Positions 37,472-46,032 of a stretch of 64,000 nt of DNA are shown in pieces. The stretch is taken from positions 1 to 64,000 of the IMG/VR virus record IMGVR_UViG_3300028591_000100, one strand, 5' to 3'. A program made the position numbers and the translations under genes. The notes under the pieces were generated by a model that made no database searches, was not told the origin of the DNA, and saw nothing but the letters and a program-made list of their open reading frames with translations. Every line of letters starts with the position of its first letter. Within the stretch, counting starts at the first letter, position 1. This DNA is from a virus. Taxonomy: Duplodnaviria > Caudoviricetes.

Positions 37472-37500
37472 TTGACAGCTGCCCAACATAGTAGTATAAT
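37472..37500 (+). promoter_or_regulatory. consensus sigmaA promoter
   Basis: TTGACA-N17-TATAAT upstream of the DNA methyltransferase. Confidence 0.8.
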
Positions 37501-37585
37501 AAAGATGAAAGTTGGGTAGTTGTATAATTATGCAAAAAAAACCAAAAAAACAGTAAAAAAATTAATAGAAAAGAGGAAAAAATGT

Positions 37586-38491
37586 ATGAAAACAATTACA
37601 AATATCATCGAATCTCTATCTCAGTTTACTATGCCTGAAGCATATAAAGCTGTAGAGTCAGCAGGTGTTGCTGCTAAAAAACCATCCATCCGTGCTAGAG
37701 TGTACGAGGCCGTAGATAAAGGAATCCTAAAAAAGATAGCTAAGGGAATCTATCAAAACAATGATTGCTTGCTTATCCAGGGTGATGGACGCGACTTAAG
37801 CTTCATCCCAGACGGTTCTATTGATGCTATCATCACAGACCATCCATATGAAGACCCAAAAGCTAACAATGGAGGAGACCGTCATTTTGCAACCTATGAC
37901 TGCTTCCGTTATAACCAAGAGGACTTCAACGAGAAGGCCAGGGTTCTAAAAGATGGAAGCTTCTTAGTTGAGTTCTTACCTGAAGAATCATCTACAAATT
38001 TTGAGTACGTTTACCAGATTAAGAAGATGGCAGAGGCAGCTGGGTTCAAATATTACGCCAAAGTCCCTTGGAAAAAAGGAACATTCATCTCTAACTGTGG
38101 ACGCAAGTCTAAGAACACAGAGGATGTAATGATTTTCTCTAAAGGTGATGCACGCAGCCTACGTCCCGATGCAAAGAAGGATAAAGCAGAGCCTGGCGTT
38201 AAGCATTACATGAAGGGCGCAGCTGGCATGTTGCCAACAGTGTTTGACTTCCAGAAGCCAGGCAAAAAGGACATCATCCACCAGGCTGAAAAACCAGCAG
38301 AGCTTCTAGAGGCAATCATCAATTATGTAACCCTAGATGGTGAACTAATTCTAGACCAATTTGCAGGTTCTGGTTCGCTAGGAGTAGCGGCCAAAGCTAC
38401 AGGCCGCCGATGCATCCTAATAGAGCTTGCAGAAGAATTCGTAGCTAAAATCAAAACCCGCCTAAGCTTAAACCAGGTTGCTTTGGAGTAA
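37586..38491 (+). CDS. DNA N6-adenine/N4-cytosine methyltransferase (beta-class order) with N-terminal winged-helix-like extension
   Basis: IITDHPY (motif IV variant), HQAEKP, ILDQFAGSGS (motif I), ILIE. Confidence 0.88.
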   Translation: MKTITNIIESLSQFTMPEAYKAVESAGVAAKKPSIRARVYEAVDKGILKKIAKGIYQNNDCLLIQGDGRDLSFIPDGSIDAIITDHPYEDPKANNGGDRHFATYDCFRYNQEDFNEKARVLKDGSFLVEFLPEESSTNFEYVYQIKKMAEAAGFKYYAKVPWKKGTFISNCGRKSKNTEDVMIFSKGDARSLRPDAKKDKAEPGVKHYMKGAAGMLPTVFDFQKPGKKDIIHQAEKPAELLEAIINYVTLDGELILDQFAGSGSLGVAAKATGRRCILIELAEEFVAKIKTRLSLNQVALE

Positions 38492-38498
38492 CAAAATC

Positions 38499-38768
38499 AT
38501 GGAGAAGAAAATCTACAAAATAAGGGTAATGCTCCGAGAAGAGGTAAGACTAAGAATCAGCGGAAACAAGAGAATCATAGACAACGAGAAGGGAGCACTC
38601 TACGAAGTCCTATGGTTCTCGAACGGTGATTATGAATTACACTGTTTAAAGAGCTGCGGGATTAGAGCTACCCACTCCCACATCCCGTTTAATCCAGTGA
38701 CACATGAAGCATTACTAGATACAGGTTGGGGTGATGATAAATATGATTACGATAAGGAGGAAATATAA
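38499..38768 (+). CDS. hypothetical protein
   Basis: GGAG RBS. Confidence 0.75.
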   Translation: MEKKIYKIRVMLREEVRLRISGNKRIIDNEKGALYEVLWFSNGDYELHCLKSCGIRATHSHIPFNPVTHEALLDTGWGDDKYDYDKEEI

Positions 38769-38977
38769 TGGAACCATTGGAAACATTAACAATTGAATAT
38801 AGAAATCAGATAGATGGTTTAAAATACGTTCAGTTCGACGCAGATCTAGACACAGATTCAAAGGTGGTTGAACTATATTGTTGTGACGACCCAACGGGAC
38901 AACATGATAAAATAGTCTCTCGTAAAGAGCTAAAAAAGAATTACATAAAATTAAACGAATACATGGAGGAATCATAA
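38768..38977 (+). CDS. hypothetical protein
   Basis: AAGGAGG RBS, TAATG coupling. Confidence 0.75.
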   Translation: MEPLETLTIEYRNQIDGLKYVQFDADLDTDSKVVELYCCDDPTGQHDKIVSRKELKKNYIKLNEYMEES

Positions 38978-39852
38978 TGGAAAAAACTAACGAATCAGTT
39001 AAAACAGAATCTATCAGAATGGAGGACCAACCTATCTATACTTATACAGTAGATGATGCAAACACAATATCAATCTCATGTGGAAATATAAAGATTGGTA
39101 AGATGCTTAACTGGAGTACACTTCCAGGAAATGCAGACAACCCTTTAATAGCTAAGGGACGCCGAATCACAAATGTGGAAGGCACATGCACGCATAACTG
39201 CAACGGCTGCTTTAAGAACTGCTATGCACGCCGTTCAATCTTGCAGCACCACAACAGTGTAGCAGGACCATGGGCTATCAACACACTCATGATCAGGTAT
39301 AAGTTTGATGAATGCTTCAGGAAAATAGATGAAGTTATTCGTGAAAAGAATAAGAAATTCTACTCTTCTGGTAACATTTCAGACTTACAGTATAGATTCT
39401 TCAGAATCAATGTAGCTGGTGAACTTCAAAGTCTAAAAGAATTTGAAGCCTGGAATCAACTAGCCCAGAATCACCCTGCAATCAAGTTTGGAATCTACAG
39501 TAAGAATTCACCAGTTCTACTAGAGTTCTTTAAAAAGCATGGCCAAACAGCAGCCAACTTATGCGTGAACATTTCTGAATGGCACGATACAATGAAAGAT
39601 ACAATAGCTAATCTTAAAGCCATAGGAGCCGTATTCAACGTGTTTGAATATGATGATTCCAATTTATCTAGCTGTGAGCTGTCAGATGAGACTAAGCAGA
39701 TATTAGCTGCCACACCGCACTGCCCAGCCGTGGGACCAACACAGGTGAATCGACATCCAATCAATCCTGCGACAGGTGAGACTTGGAGGTGCTGTGAGTG
39801 CAAGGCATGTTACACTAAAACAGGCAGCCGTCGCTGCGTATACTCTCACTAG
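38977..39852 (+). CDS. Gp88-like Cys-rich phage protein
   Basis: GNIKIG, TCxxNCxxCxxNCYA, FRINVAGE, FGIYSK, CPA...CCECKACY. Confidence 0.7.
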   Translation: MEKTNESVKTESIRMEDQPIYTYTVDDANTISISCGNIKIGKMLNWSTLPGNADNPLIAKGRRITNVEGTCTHNCNGCFKNCYARRSILQHHNSVAGPWAINTLMIRYKFDECFRKIDEVIREKNKKFYSSGNISDLQYRFFRINVAGELQSLKEFEAWNQLAQNHPAIKFGIYSKNSPVLLEFFKKHGQTAANLCVNISEWHDTMKDTIANLKAIGAVFNVFEYDDSNLSSCELSDETKQILAATPHCPAVGPTQVNRHPINPATGETWRCCECKACYTKTGSRRCVYSH

Positions 39853-39863
39853 GAGGCAGTACC

Positions 39864-40487
39864 ATGAAGAAGAAATCCACTGCCACTACTGCTAATGCTA
39901 CAACACAAAGCATATCACACTACATGGTACTTCAACTAGCTAGATTAAAATGCGTGCTAAGTCCAGGAAAAACTAGCTTCATGGAAAGCCTGGGAATCAT
40001 CGCTGCTCAAGCTTCAACAGCAGCGGGCTTGCAACGGCTGCAAGGATTCTGCCAGGAAACATTGGGTAAGTATTTTGATTCAGAGAAACGAATCGATGGA
40101 ATCTATTCCAGGAATCTGGTAAAGAATCTCATAGGACTCTTAGCACAGAAAGCCAAGATCGCCCCAGATGAAAAGATCAAGGTCAACACAGAGCAAATAG
40201 CTGCAGATCTTAACACCCAGATAGCGGGAGCAGCTCAGCGCCTCATCTCCAGCTCTTCTTGGAGTACGGTGATTCGCTATTCAGCGCTTGAACTCTACAA
40301 TTATTGGGAAGAGGGTCTGATAGCCGCTCTACAGGCTCAGATCTATCCAACAGAAGCCGTGATTAAGATCGACATTCTTAAAGATCGAATCCAGGACTTC
40401 AGATCTAAACGGGTTTACTATGGTAAAAGTTTTGAAATTGTTACTAGTGGTCTTCCAATCGTGAAGGTTACTTGCGTTAGAATCTAA
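39864..40487 (+). CDS. hypothetical protein
   Basis: AGGAGG RBS. Confidence 0.8.
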   Translation: MKKKSTATTANATTQSISHYMVLQLARLKCVLSPGKTSFMESLGIIAAQASTAAGLQRLQGFCQETLGKYFDSEKRIDGIYSRNLVKNLIGLLAQKAKIAPDEKIKVNTEQIAADLNTQIAGAAQRLISSSSWSTVIRYSALELYNYWEEGLIAALQAQIYPTEAVIKIDILKDRIQDFRSKRVYYGKSFEIVTSGLPIVKVTCVRI

Positions 40488-40500
40488 AATATGATATAAT
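40472..40500 (+). promoter_or_regulatory. possible sigmaA promoter
   Basis: TTGCGT-N17-TATAAT with TG extended -10. Confidence 0.55.
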
Positions 40501-40659
40501 ATAGAAAGGGGTGATGCGATGATATGAGATTATTGGTAGTAGGACTAATAGTAGGAGCTGTTGTGTTAACGCTATTCTTTAATTCGGTTAACTCAAAATA
40601 TGAGAAACGAAACAGAAGACGCAAATAAACACAACAAATATTTCAGGAAGGAGGACTAA

Positions 40660-40860
40660 ATGGGATTATATCTCGTAATTTTAATAGTAGCAGCTTTAGC
40701 TATCGGAGTAACAATTAAAGAAGTTATAGACATCTATCGCTGTGCGGGGGCCAACACCCCTGCGGAGGATAGATCAAGCACGGCGCTTGTGATTTTCGCA
40801 ACGCTGATCTTAATAACTGTAATTGGTCTCATCATAGTTATAATTAGCTCTATTAAATAA
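40660..40860 (+). CDS. small two-TM membrane protein
   Basis: AAGGAGG RBS; two hydrophobic segments. Confidence 0.75.
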   Translation: MGLYLVILIVAALAIGVTIKEVIDIYRCAGANTPAEDRSSTALVIFATLILITVIGLIIVIISSIK

Positions 40861-40873
40861 AGCTACTATAAGG

Positions 40874-40901
40874 AAGCCCAGGGCACATGCTCTGGGTTTT
40901 T
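40874..40901 (+). terminator. intrinsic terminator ending the + strand block
   Basis: AAGCCCAGGGCA-ca-TGCTCTGGGTTT followed by T. Confidence 0.75.
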
Positions 40902-40959
40902 CCTGTCCTATATATACTAATAAAAAAGATCCAAAAACTACAATATAATTTAATATGTT

Positions 40960-41600
40960 TCAAACAGTGAACTAGAACTTAGTTCTAGTCCTGTTCTTTG
41001 GTTATCTGGTCTTAAATACTAGGTAGCTGAAGAAGAGGACTAGATAATCTAGTATCAAAAACTAGCTTCTCAAAGCGCCGAAGGCGCGGGGGTGGGTGGT
41101 CGGGGGAGTAGTATTTTATTTTCTGGGGGGTATTTTTTTTAGCGTAGGGGGGGGGAGCTTTTTTCGTAGACGGGGGGCCGTTTTTTCTTCCGCGCGCCGC
41201 AATTTTTTCAGGGGGGACCCCCTTTTTTACCTAAACCGCCGCCGATTTTGCGTACGAAGTCCCCTTTTAGCGTACGTCCACCCCTAAAATCGCCTCCTAA
41301 AGCCTTTTTTATTTAGCGTAGGTATAATTTATCCTGTTTCCCCCAAAATCGTCTCTATCGTCCTAAAACACCCCTAAAACGAGCTGATACGCGTTTCGTC
41401 GACTCTCTTTACGTACGTGCGCACGCCCCTACCTTTTAATATAAGGCCCTTTTTAGCCCCGCCAGGCCTTTTTTTCTTTTCTGCCCACCCCTTTATTTAT
41501 CCTGCCCCTGCCCCGCAGCCCCTAGCAGCCGTATTTAGCGTACGAGGTCATCTAGTATTGAAAACTAGATAGCGTGAGCTTGAAGACTAGGTGCCCTGGT
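40960..41600. other. non-coding island B at the strand-convergence point (candidate origin, packaging site or terminus)
   Basis: G-rich then C-rich; TTTAGCGTA x4; T-tracts about every 21 bp; CTAG-bounded repeats. Confidence 0.6.
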
Positions 41601-41604
41601 AAAT

Positions 41605-41630
41605 AAAAAAAGAGGACCCTCTAGTCCTCT
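41605..41630 (-). terminator. intrinsic terminator ending the - strand block
   Basis: AGAGGAC/GTCCTCT hairpin preceded on + strand by an A run. Confidence 0.75.
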
Positions 41631-42010
41631 TGATTTTCTGTATTCTTTGTGGCTGCTTCCTTTGTAGCTTCCGCCATCTGCTTTAATCTGTCTTGGGCTT
41701 CCTCTTCCCCAAACAATGGTGCCAGCATAATAAACTGTTGTAGGCCCTCTTTGTCCTTAAGGTTTAGAGTTATATGTCCCATAGCTCGAAGCTCATAGGT
41801 ATCCTTGCTAGCTTCCTTAGGAACTAAAGTTACCCAGCCCTTCAGATAGTCTATGATCTTGGCCGCGTAGTCCTTGGCCCCCGTTACTTTGATGAGCTCG
41901 CTTCTAAGCTCGTTCATAACTCTAGCCTTCTCGTCTTGAAGCTGATCAATCTTCGCTTGGGCTGCCTTAAGCTCCCCTAATACATATTCCTCACATGTCT
42001 TTGGTTCCAT
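41621..42010 (-). CDS. coiled-coil hypothetical protein
   Basis: 129 aa, AAGGAG RBS. Confidence 0.8.
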   Translation of the reverse strand: MEPKTCEEYVLGELKAAQAKIDQLQDEKARVMNELRSELIKVTGAKDYAAKIIDYLKGWVTLVPKEASKDTYELRAMGHITLNLKDKEGLQQFIMLAPLFGEEEAQDRLKQMAEATKEAATKNTENQED

Positions 42011-42263
42011 GCTTCTCTATCTCCTTTCTAATGTCATCTATAATACTTACAGGAGGGTCCTGTGGCTCCACCATGTCCACACCGTAATACCTACATAGCT
42101 TTGACAGCAACTTATCGTCGTCAATGTAATACAGTTCATCCTCATGAACAGCATTCAGTATTAGCTGCCCCAGCCTTAAATCTGGATGCGTGCACCAGAT
42201 CAACCAGATGGTCTCCATGACCTTACGATCAAAGTTTTCAAACCAGTGTTCTTTAAATTTCAT
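41991..42263 (-). CDS. hypothetical protein, DUF1040/YihD-like
   Basis: W..HPDLRLGQL..N....LYYIDDD motif. Confidence 0.6.
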   Translation of the reverse strand: MKFKEHWFENFDRKVMETIWLIWCTHPDLRLGQLILNAVHEDELYYIDDDKLLSKLCRYYGVDMVEPQDPPVSIIDDIRKEIEKHGTKDM

Positions 42264-42274
42264 GGCTTCCCTCC

Positions 42275-42694
42275 TTACAGAAACAGACGCTTGAGCATCT
42301 CTATCTCAGGCTCTGTGTATTTTCTTCTCTTTAATTCTTCTTCAATGTCAATTAAATCTACATGGTACCCGTTAACCATTTTTTTGAGAGTGTTCTTACA
42401 GCAAGCCTTGAATTCATTTCTCCGCTTGGTGCTCTGAATGTTATCTGTTGCCCGATAGTATTCCCCCATGAGACTGCACAAGCACTCTACTCCAAACATC
42501 TTTATGATTTCTTCTGGCAGCTGCTTAAAGTTCTCTACGGTGAACGCACGGTCTGGGAACCATCCTTGGTATATCTCTGCGTACTTGGCTAATGGGTCAT
42601 GACCGAGGATACGGGCTGATTCAGCTAGGGACCTCCCGAGGGCGTCTATCCCTTTCATCCGCTCAATGCCTACCTCTACCTCTTTCTTTGTCAT
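42275..42694 (-). CDS. hypothetical protein
   Basis: 139 aa, RBS. Confidence 0.8.
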   Translation of the reverse strand: MTKKEVEVGIERMKGIDALGRSLAESARILGHDPLAKYAEIYQGWFPDRAFTVENFKQLPEEIIKMFGVECLCSLMGEYYRATDNIQSTKRRNEFKACCKNTLKKMVNGYHVDLIDIEEELKRRKYTEPEIEMLKRLFL

Positions 42695-42769
42695 TCCTTG
42701 CTTTCCCCCTTATCTGGTCTTAAATACGCGCACGCGCATTACGTATACGTGAAGACCTAGTATTGAAAA

Positions 42770-43108
42770 CTAGATATCCTCTTCTTGTGAATCCTTTTTC
42801 CAGTCCTCTAGATTTAACGGAACTGATTTAGCTGCAGGCTCCACATATACCTTAATCTGTTCTAGCTCTTCAGGTGTTAACATGTCTCCTCTTGATTTAT
42901 CATGTCCATAGACTCTAGGTAACTTAGATGTATCTGATTCTTTTGGTGTCTGCGATGCTGTAACGATACAAAGGTCTAAATCTTTAGAAACCTGCCGAAG
43001 CTCGAATAAGTCCTTTGCGGTTAGAAGTGACCCCTTATGCTTTAACGTATAAAGCACATTTCCTCTTCTATCAATGACTTGTCCGTTTTTTAAAGTGCAT
43101 ACTCTCAT
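42770..43108 (-). CDS. hypothetical protein
   Basis: AAGGAGG RBS. Confidence 0.8.
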   Translation of the reverse strand: MRVCTLKNGQVIDRRGNVLYTLKHKGSLLTAKDLFELRQVSKDLDLCIVTASQTPKESDTSKLPRVYGHDKSRGDMLTPEELEQIKVYVEPAAKSVPLNLEDWKKDSQEEDI

Positions 43109-43111
43109 AAT

Positions 43112-43405
43112 CTAATCCTCCTTATGAAAACTTTGGGTTTTCTCAAGCTCCTCTAAAATTTCAGAAATCTTAGCCTCGTAATAAGCTTCAACTATTAAAG
43201 GATCAGTTGCTGGCTTTTCGCGATGCTGAAGATATGTAATAGGAGCTGAAAGTTTTCTATCTATAACCTCGCCCTCTTTAATATACTGGTTAAAGAGCAG
43301 CTCTGCGTTTGCAGGAGTTACCTCTTTCCCAGCTAAGTTAATTATCTCAAAGACGTTACCTAAACTGTCACTGCCAAAAATTTTTCCGTTTACTAATTCG
43401 ATCAT
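43112..43405 (-). CDS. hypothetical protein
   Basis: AGGAGG RBS downstream of promoter. Confidence 0.8.
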   Translation of the reverse strand: MIELVNGKIFGSDSLGNVFEIINLAGKEVTPANAELLFNQYIKEGEVIDRKLSAPITYLQHREKPATDPLIVEAYYEAKISEILEELEKTQSFHKED

Positions 43406-43452
43406 GCTTTCCTCCTAAGTTAAAAATTTAAGTTAAACTTTTCCTTATCCAC

Positions 43453-43484
43453 TTATATTATAGCAGAATAAAAGTAAAAGTCAA
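43453..43484 (-). promoter_or_regulatory. phage promoter class A
   Basis: TTGACTtttacttttATTCTGCTATAATATAA. Confidence 0.85.
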
Positions 43485-43785
43485 GGCTAGAATTAAAGTA
43501 AAGAGGATAAAAAGAAAATAAAAGAAAGAAAGAAACAAAGAAAGAAAAAGTATATATATAAATATATATACTAAAAAGAAAAACAGGAGCAAGCCCCTCA
43601 CTACGTTCGGAGAAATCAAAACTTCCTCGGACTTCGTCCCGAGCGTTAGTTGACGGAATGTCGCTTTCGCTTTTTTCGCTAACGCGCGGAGGCTCACGCG
43701 TACCCTTTCCGCTTCAGTCGGTCCCTAACCAAGCTACCGCAGGTCAGTGACCTCCTTACGCGTGGGTAATTTCTGAAAAAATGGA

Positions 43786-44025
43786 TTAGACGCCAAACAC
43801 GTAAAGTGTTAGGAATACGTAGGTCAAGATATGCAGAGATAGGACGATGGCGAGACCGATGCATCCTGTAAGGAAATCACGAACGGATTCAAAACGTCCA
43901 CGAAGAGGTCTGCGGTCTCTGAAGATGTCAGCGAGGGCCTCAATAAGAGCTACGGCTAGAATTAGCGCGGCAATGCCTAATATAAATGTGTAAATGCTCC
44001 AAAGCACCCATCCAAATGTGATCAT
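43786..44025 (-). CDS. two-TM membrane protein
   Basis: GGAGG RBS; two hydrophobic helices. Confidence 0.75.
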   Translation of the reverse strand: MITFGWVLWSIYTFILGIAALILAVALIEALADIFRDRRPLRGRFESVRDFLTGCIGLAIVLSLHILTYVFLTLYVFGV

Positions 44026-44216
44026 TCTTCTTCACCTCCGTCGTCTTCCTCGTCCTCAGTTTCGTGGTCAGAGTAGTCTTCGTCTGACGCATTTTCGTGG
44101 GAACGAATGTCCTGAAGGTAAGCACCGATGCCGTAGCCGCAAATAAATGCGCCAAATCCTGTGCAGACGATGATTTCTATTAGCCACCATACTTCCATAC
44201 TAATAACTGTGTTCAT
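44022..44216 (-). CDS. small membrane protein with acidic tail
   Basis: one TM plus D/E tail. Confidence 0.7.
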   Translation of the reverse strand: MNTVISMEVWWLIEIIVCTGFGAFICGYGIGAYLQDIRSHENASDEDYSDHETEDEEDDGGEEE

Positions 44217-44220
44217 GTTT

Positions 44221-44517
44221 TTATCCCTCGACTTTCTTCTTATAATAATTAATTAGGTAATCTAAATACCAACGTGCTTTCTCTAGGTCTTGAATTGCCT
44301 TGTGGTTTGTGTCAAGATCAGATGATGCTTTCTTACCTGCGCGGGATACATATTTAATAACGTTGCCTTTGCAGAATCCCTCAGCTAAACCTTTGTCTGC
44401 TATGTAGTCCATGACTTCGATAGAGCCATCAGTATAGTGAGATGGATGAGACACAGGGTCTGATGTTTGCTGTGTCTGTGATGTTTGATGATTCTTTAAA
44501 ATATCTTTTGTATTCAT
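44221..44517 (-). CDS. DUF3310 (SaV-like) phage protein
   Basis: DPVSHPSHY, IEVMDYI, GNVIKYVSRAGKK, DLEKARWYL. Confidence 0.9.
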   Translation of the reverse strand: MNTKDILKNHQTSQTQQTSDPVSHPSHYTDGSIEVMDYIADKGLAEGFCKGNVIKYVSRAGKKASSDLDTNHKAIQDLEKARWYLDYLINYYKKKVEG

Positions 44518-44526
44518 GTTTACTCC

Positions 44527-44775
44527 TTATGATAAAAGTGTTAAGCCTCGCAAAACATTTTTAAGACGCTTCTTTAGTTCCTCTTGCATGTCTTCATAAT
44601 ACACGATGACAGGTCCTTTAAAATAGTCTTCGCCCTTACAAACGACTTGCTGTTCCACATATTTATAAACAACCGCCTCGACAATGTTGTCTATAACATC
44701 GTCTACAGGTACGGCTAAATTATACTTGTCCATAGGTTTATTCCTCCTCGTCAAATAGTTCATGTAGTAGGTCAT
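44527..44775 (-). CDS. hypothetical protein
   Basis: probable start at MDKYNL behind GAGGAGG. Confidence 0.7.
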   Translation of the reverse strand: MTYYMNYLTRRNKPMDKYNLAVPVDDVIDNIVEAVVYKYVEQQVVCKGEDYFKGPVIVYYEDMQEELKKRLKNVLRGLTLLS

Positions 44776-45241
44776 AAAAACCTAAAGACACTCTGACACT
44801 CATAAGTACTTGCCCCAAAAGATTTTGTCCAGTGCCTTCTTTACCAATTCCCCAGATATAATCAAATGGAGAATCTTCGAATATATTAGCTTCACCTGTG
44901 CTTTGTAAAATCTTTTTAAGGTCAGGATTTTGGTAAAATTTGTCATACACGATATCCAGCATGATTTCAAATCTTCTTTCTGACCAAACCTTATCATCGT
45001 AGTTTTTAACCTGTCTACCTAGCTTTTTGATTTTATATGGTTCAGTTTCAGCTTTTATTTTTTCCGCTGTCTCGGTGTCTTCAAATTCCATAGCCTTGGC
45101 CCACATGAACGCTTGTTCAGAACAATTAAATATCTGATTTTGCCATACAAACCTACATGGGTAGAAGTTGCTGAAACAACCGTATGGGCCGTCTGTTCCC
45201 CAAAAGCCGATTCCTGAAGGTGATGTGTTTTCTTTTCCCAT
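44738..45241 (-). CDS. NADAR (YbiA-like) family protein
   Basis: FSNFYP, SEQAFMWAKA, KKLGRQV, KFYQNPDL, EDSPFDYIWGIG, GQNLLG. Confidence 0.92.
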   Translation of the reverse strand: MGKENTSPSGIGFWGTDGPYGCFSNFYPCRFVWQNQIFNCSEQAFMWAKAMEFEDTETAEKIKAETEPYKIKKLGRQVKNYDDKVWSERRFEIMLDIVYDKFYQNPDLKKILQSTGEANIFEDSPFDYIWGIGKEGTGQNLLGQVLMSVRVSLGFYDLLHELFDEEE

Positions 45242-45261
45242 TTTTCTACTCCTCCTTCTCC

Positions 45262-45462
45262 TTAAGATTTTAATATCTGGATACTTTCAACTGAAGCGGC
45301 AGTGAAACGGATTTCTCCTCCGAATCTGTTGTCTATTAAAGTATAGGCACCATCTGGTGTCCGTTGTAGAACACCATAAAATGCAGTACGGCCCCACAGA
45401 GGTCGTTTTAGGATTACTTCACATTCTAGTCCAATATAAGATAATAATTTTGTTTCTTCCAT
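45262..45462 (-). CDS. small protein resembling the RimP C-terminal domain
   Basis: YIGLECEVILKRPLWGRTAFYGVL pattern. Confidence 0.5.
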   Translation of the reverse strand: MEETKLLSYIGLECEVILKRPLWGRTAFYGVLQRTPDGAYTLIDNRFGGEIRFTAASVESIQILKS

Positions 45463-45639
45463 ACTTATTCACCACTTTTCTTTGTCCCTATAAATGTTTC
45501 GATAATAAAAATTAACTCATCTCTTGTCTGATTGATATTTACGTTAGGGCCTAAGTTCCATGAGATGTAGGCTTGCAACTCTCTCTTAGGCATTTTTCTT
45601 AATTCTTCTTCTGTGTACATGTGTATTCTCCTTTTTCAA

Positions 45640-45671
45640 TTATATTATAGCAGAATAAAACCAGATGTCAA
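45640..45671 (-). promoter_or_regulatory. phage promoter class A
   Basis: TTGACAtctggttttATTCTGCTATAATATAA. Confidence 0.85.
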
Positions 45672-45687
45672 TCTTGGTTATTGGTTT

Positions 45688-46032
45688 TTAAAATTCTAAA
45701 CTTTTAACCACATCTAATACTTTGATTTTTTCAATCTCCTTTTCGTGAGAAGAAATATGTTTTTTATATTGTTCAATAGTTTCATTTTCTCTTTCTATCA
45801 AAAGATTCCTATAATGTTCTAACTTATCATTTGAAAGCGAAAACATATCTCTGCCATAAAAAAGCGAGTTTATTTGATCTAAGCTATCTTTTCTTACGGT
45901 AACGCTGCAAAGAGCCCCTTGCCCTCTGGCAATTTTATATGTTTTATCTTTCTCTTCTGCTTCTAATTCAAAAATTCCTATTGCTTCCCCTATACCAGTA
46001 AAAAAGGTTCTTCTATATAAATAAATTTTCAT
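45688..46032 (-). CDS. hypothetical protein
   Basis: 114 aa in co-oriented array. Confidence 0.75.
   Translation of the reverse strand: MKIYLYRRTFFTGIGEAIGIFELEAEEKDKTYKIARGQGALCSVTVRKDSLDQINSLFYGRDMFSLSNDKLEHYRNLLIERENETIEQYKKHISSHEKEIEKIKVLDVVKSLEF

Noticed and set aside
41096-41287. 63-aa G/F-rich ORF
   Set aside because: Translation of homopolymer G and T tracts, with no RBS
43458-43697. 79-aa hydrophobic ORF
   Set aside because: Hydrophobicity comes from the T-rich strand of a low-complexity tract, and it runs through a promoter
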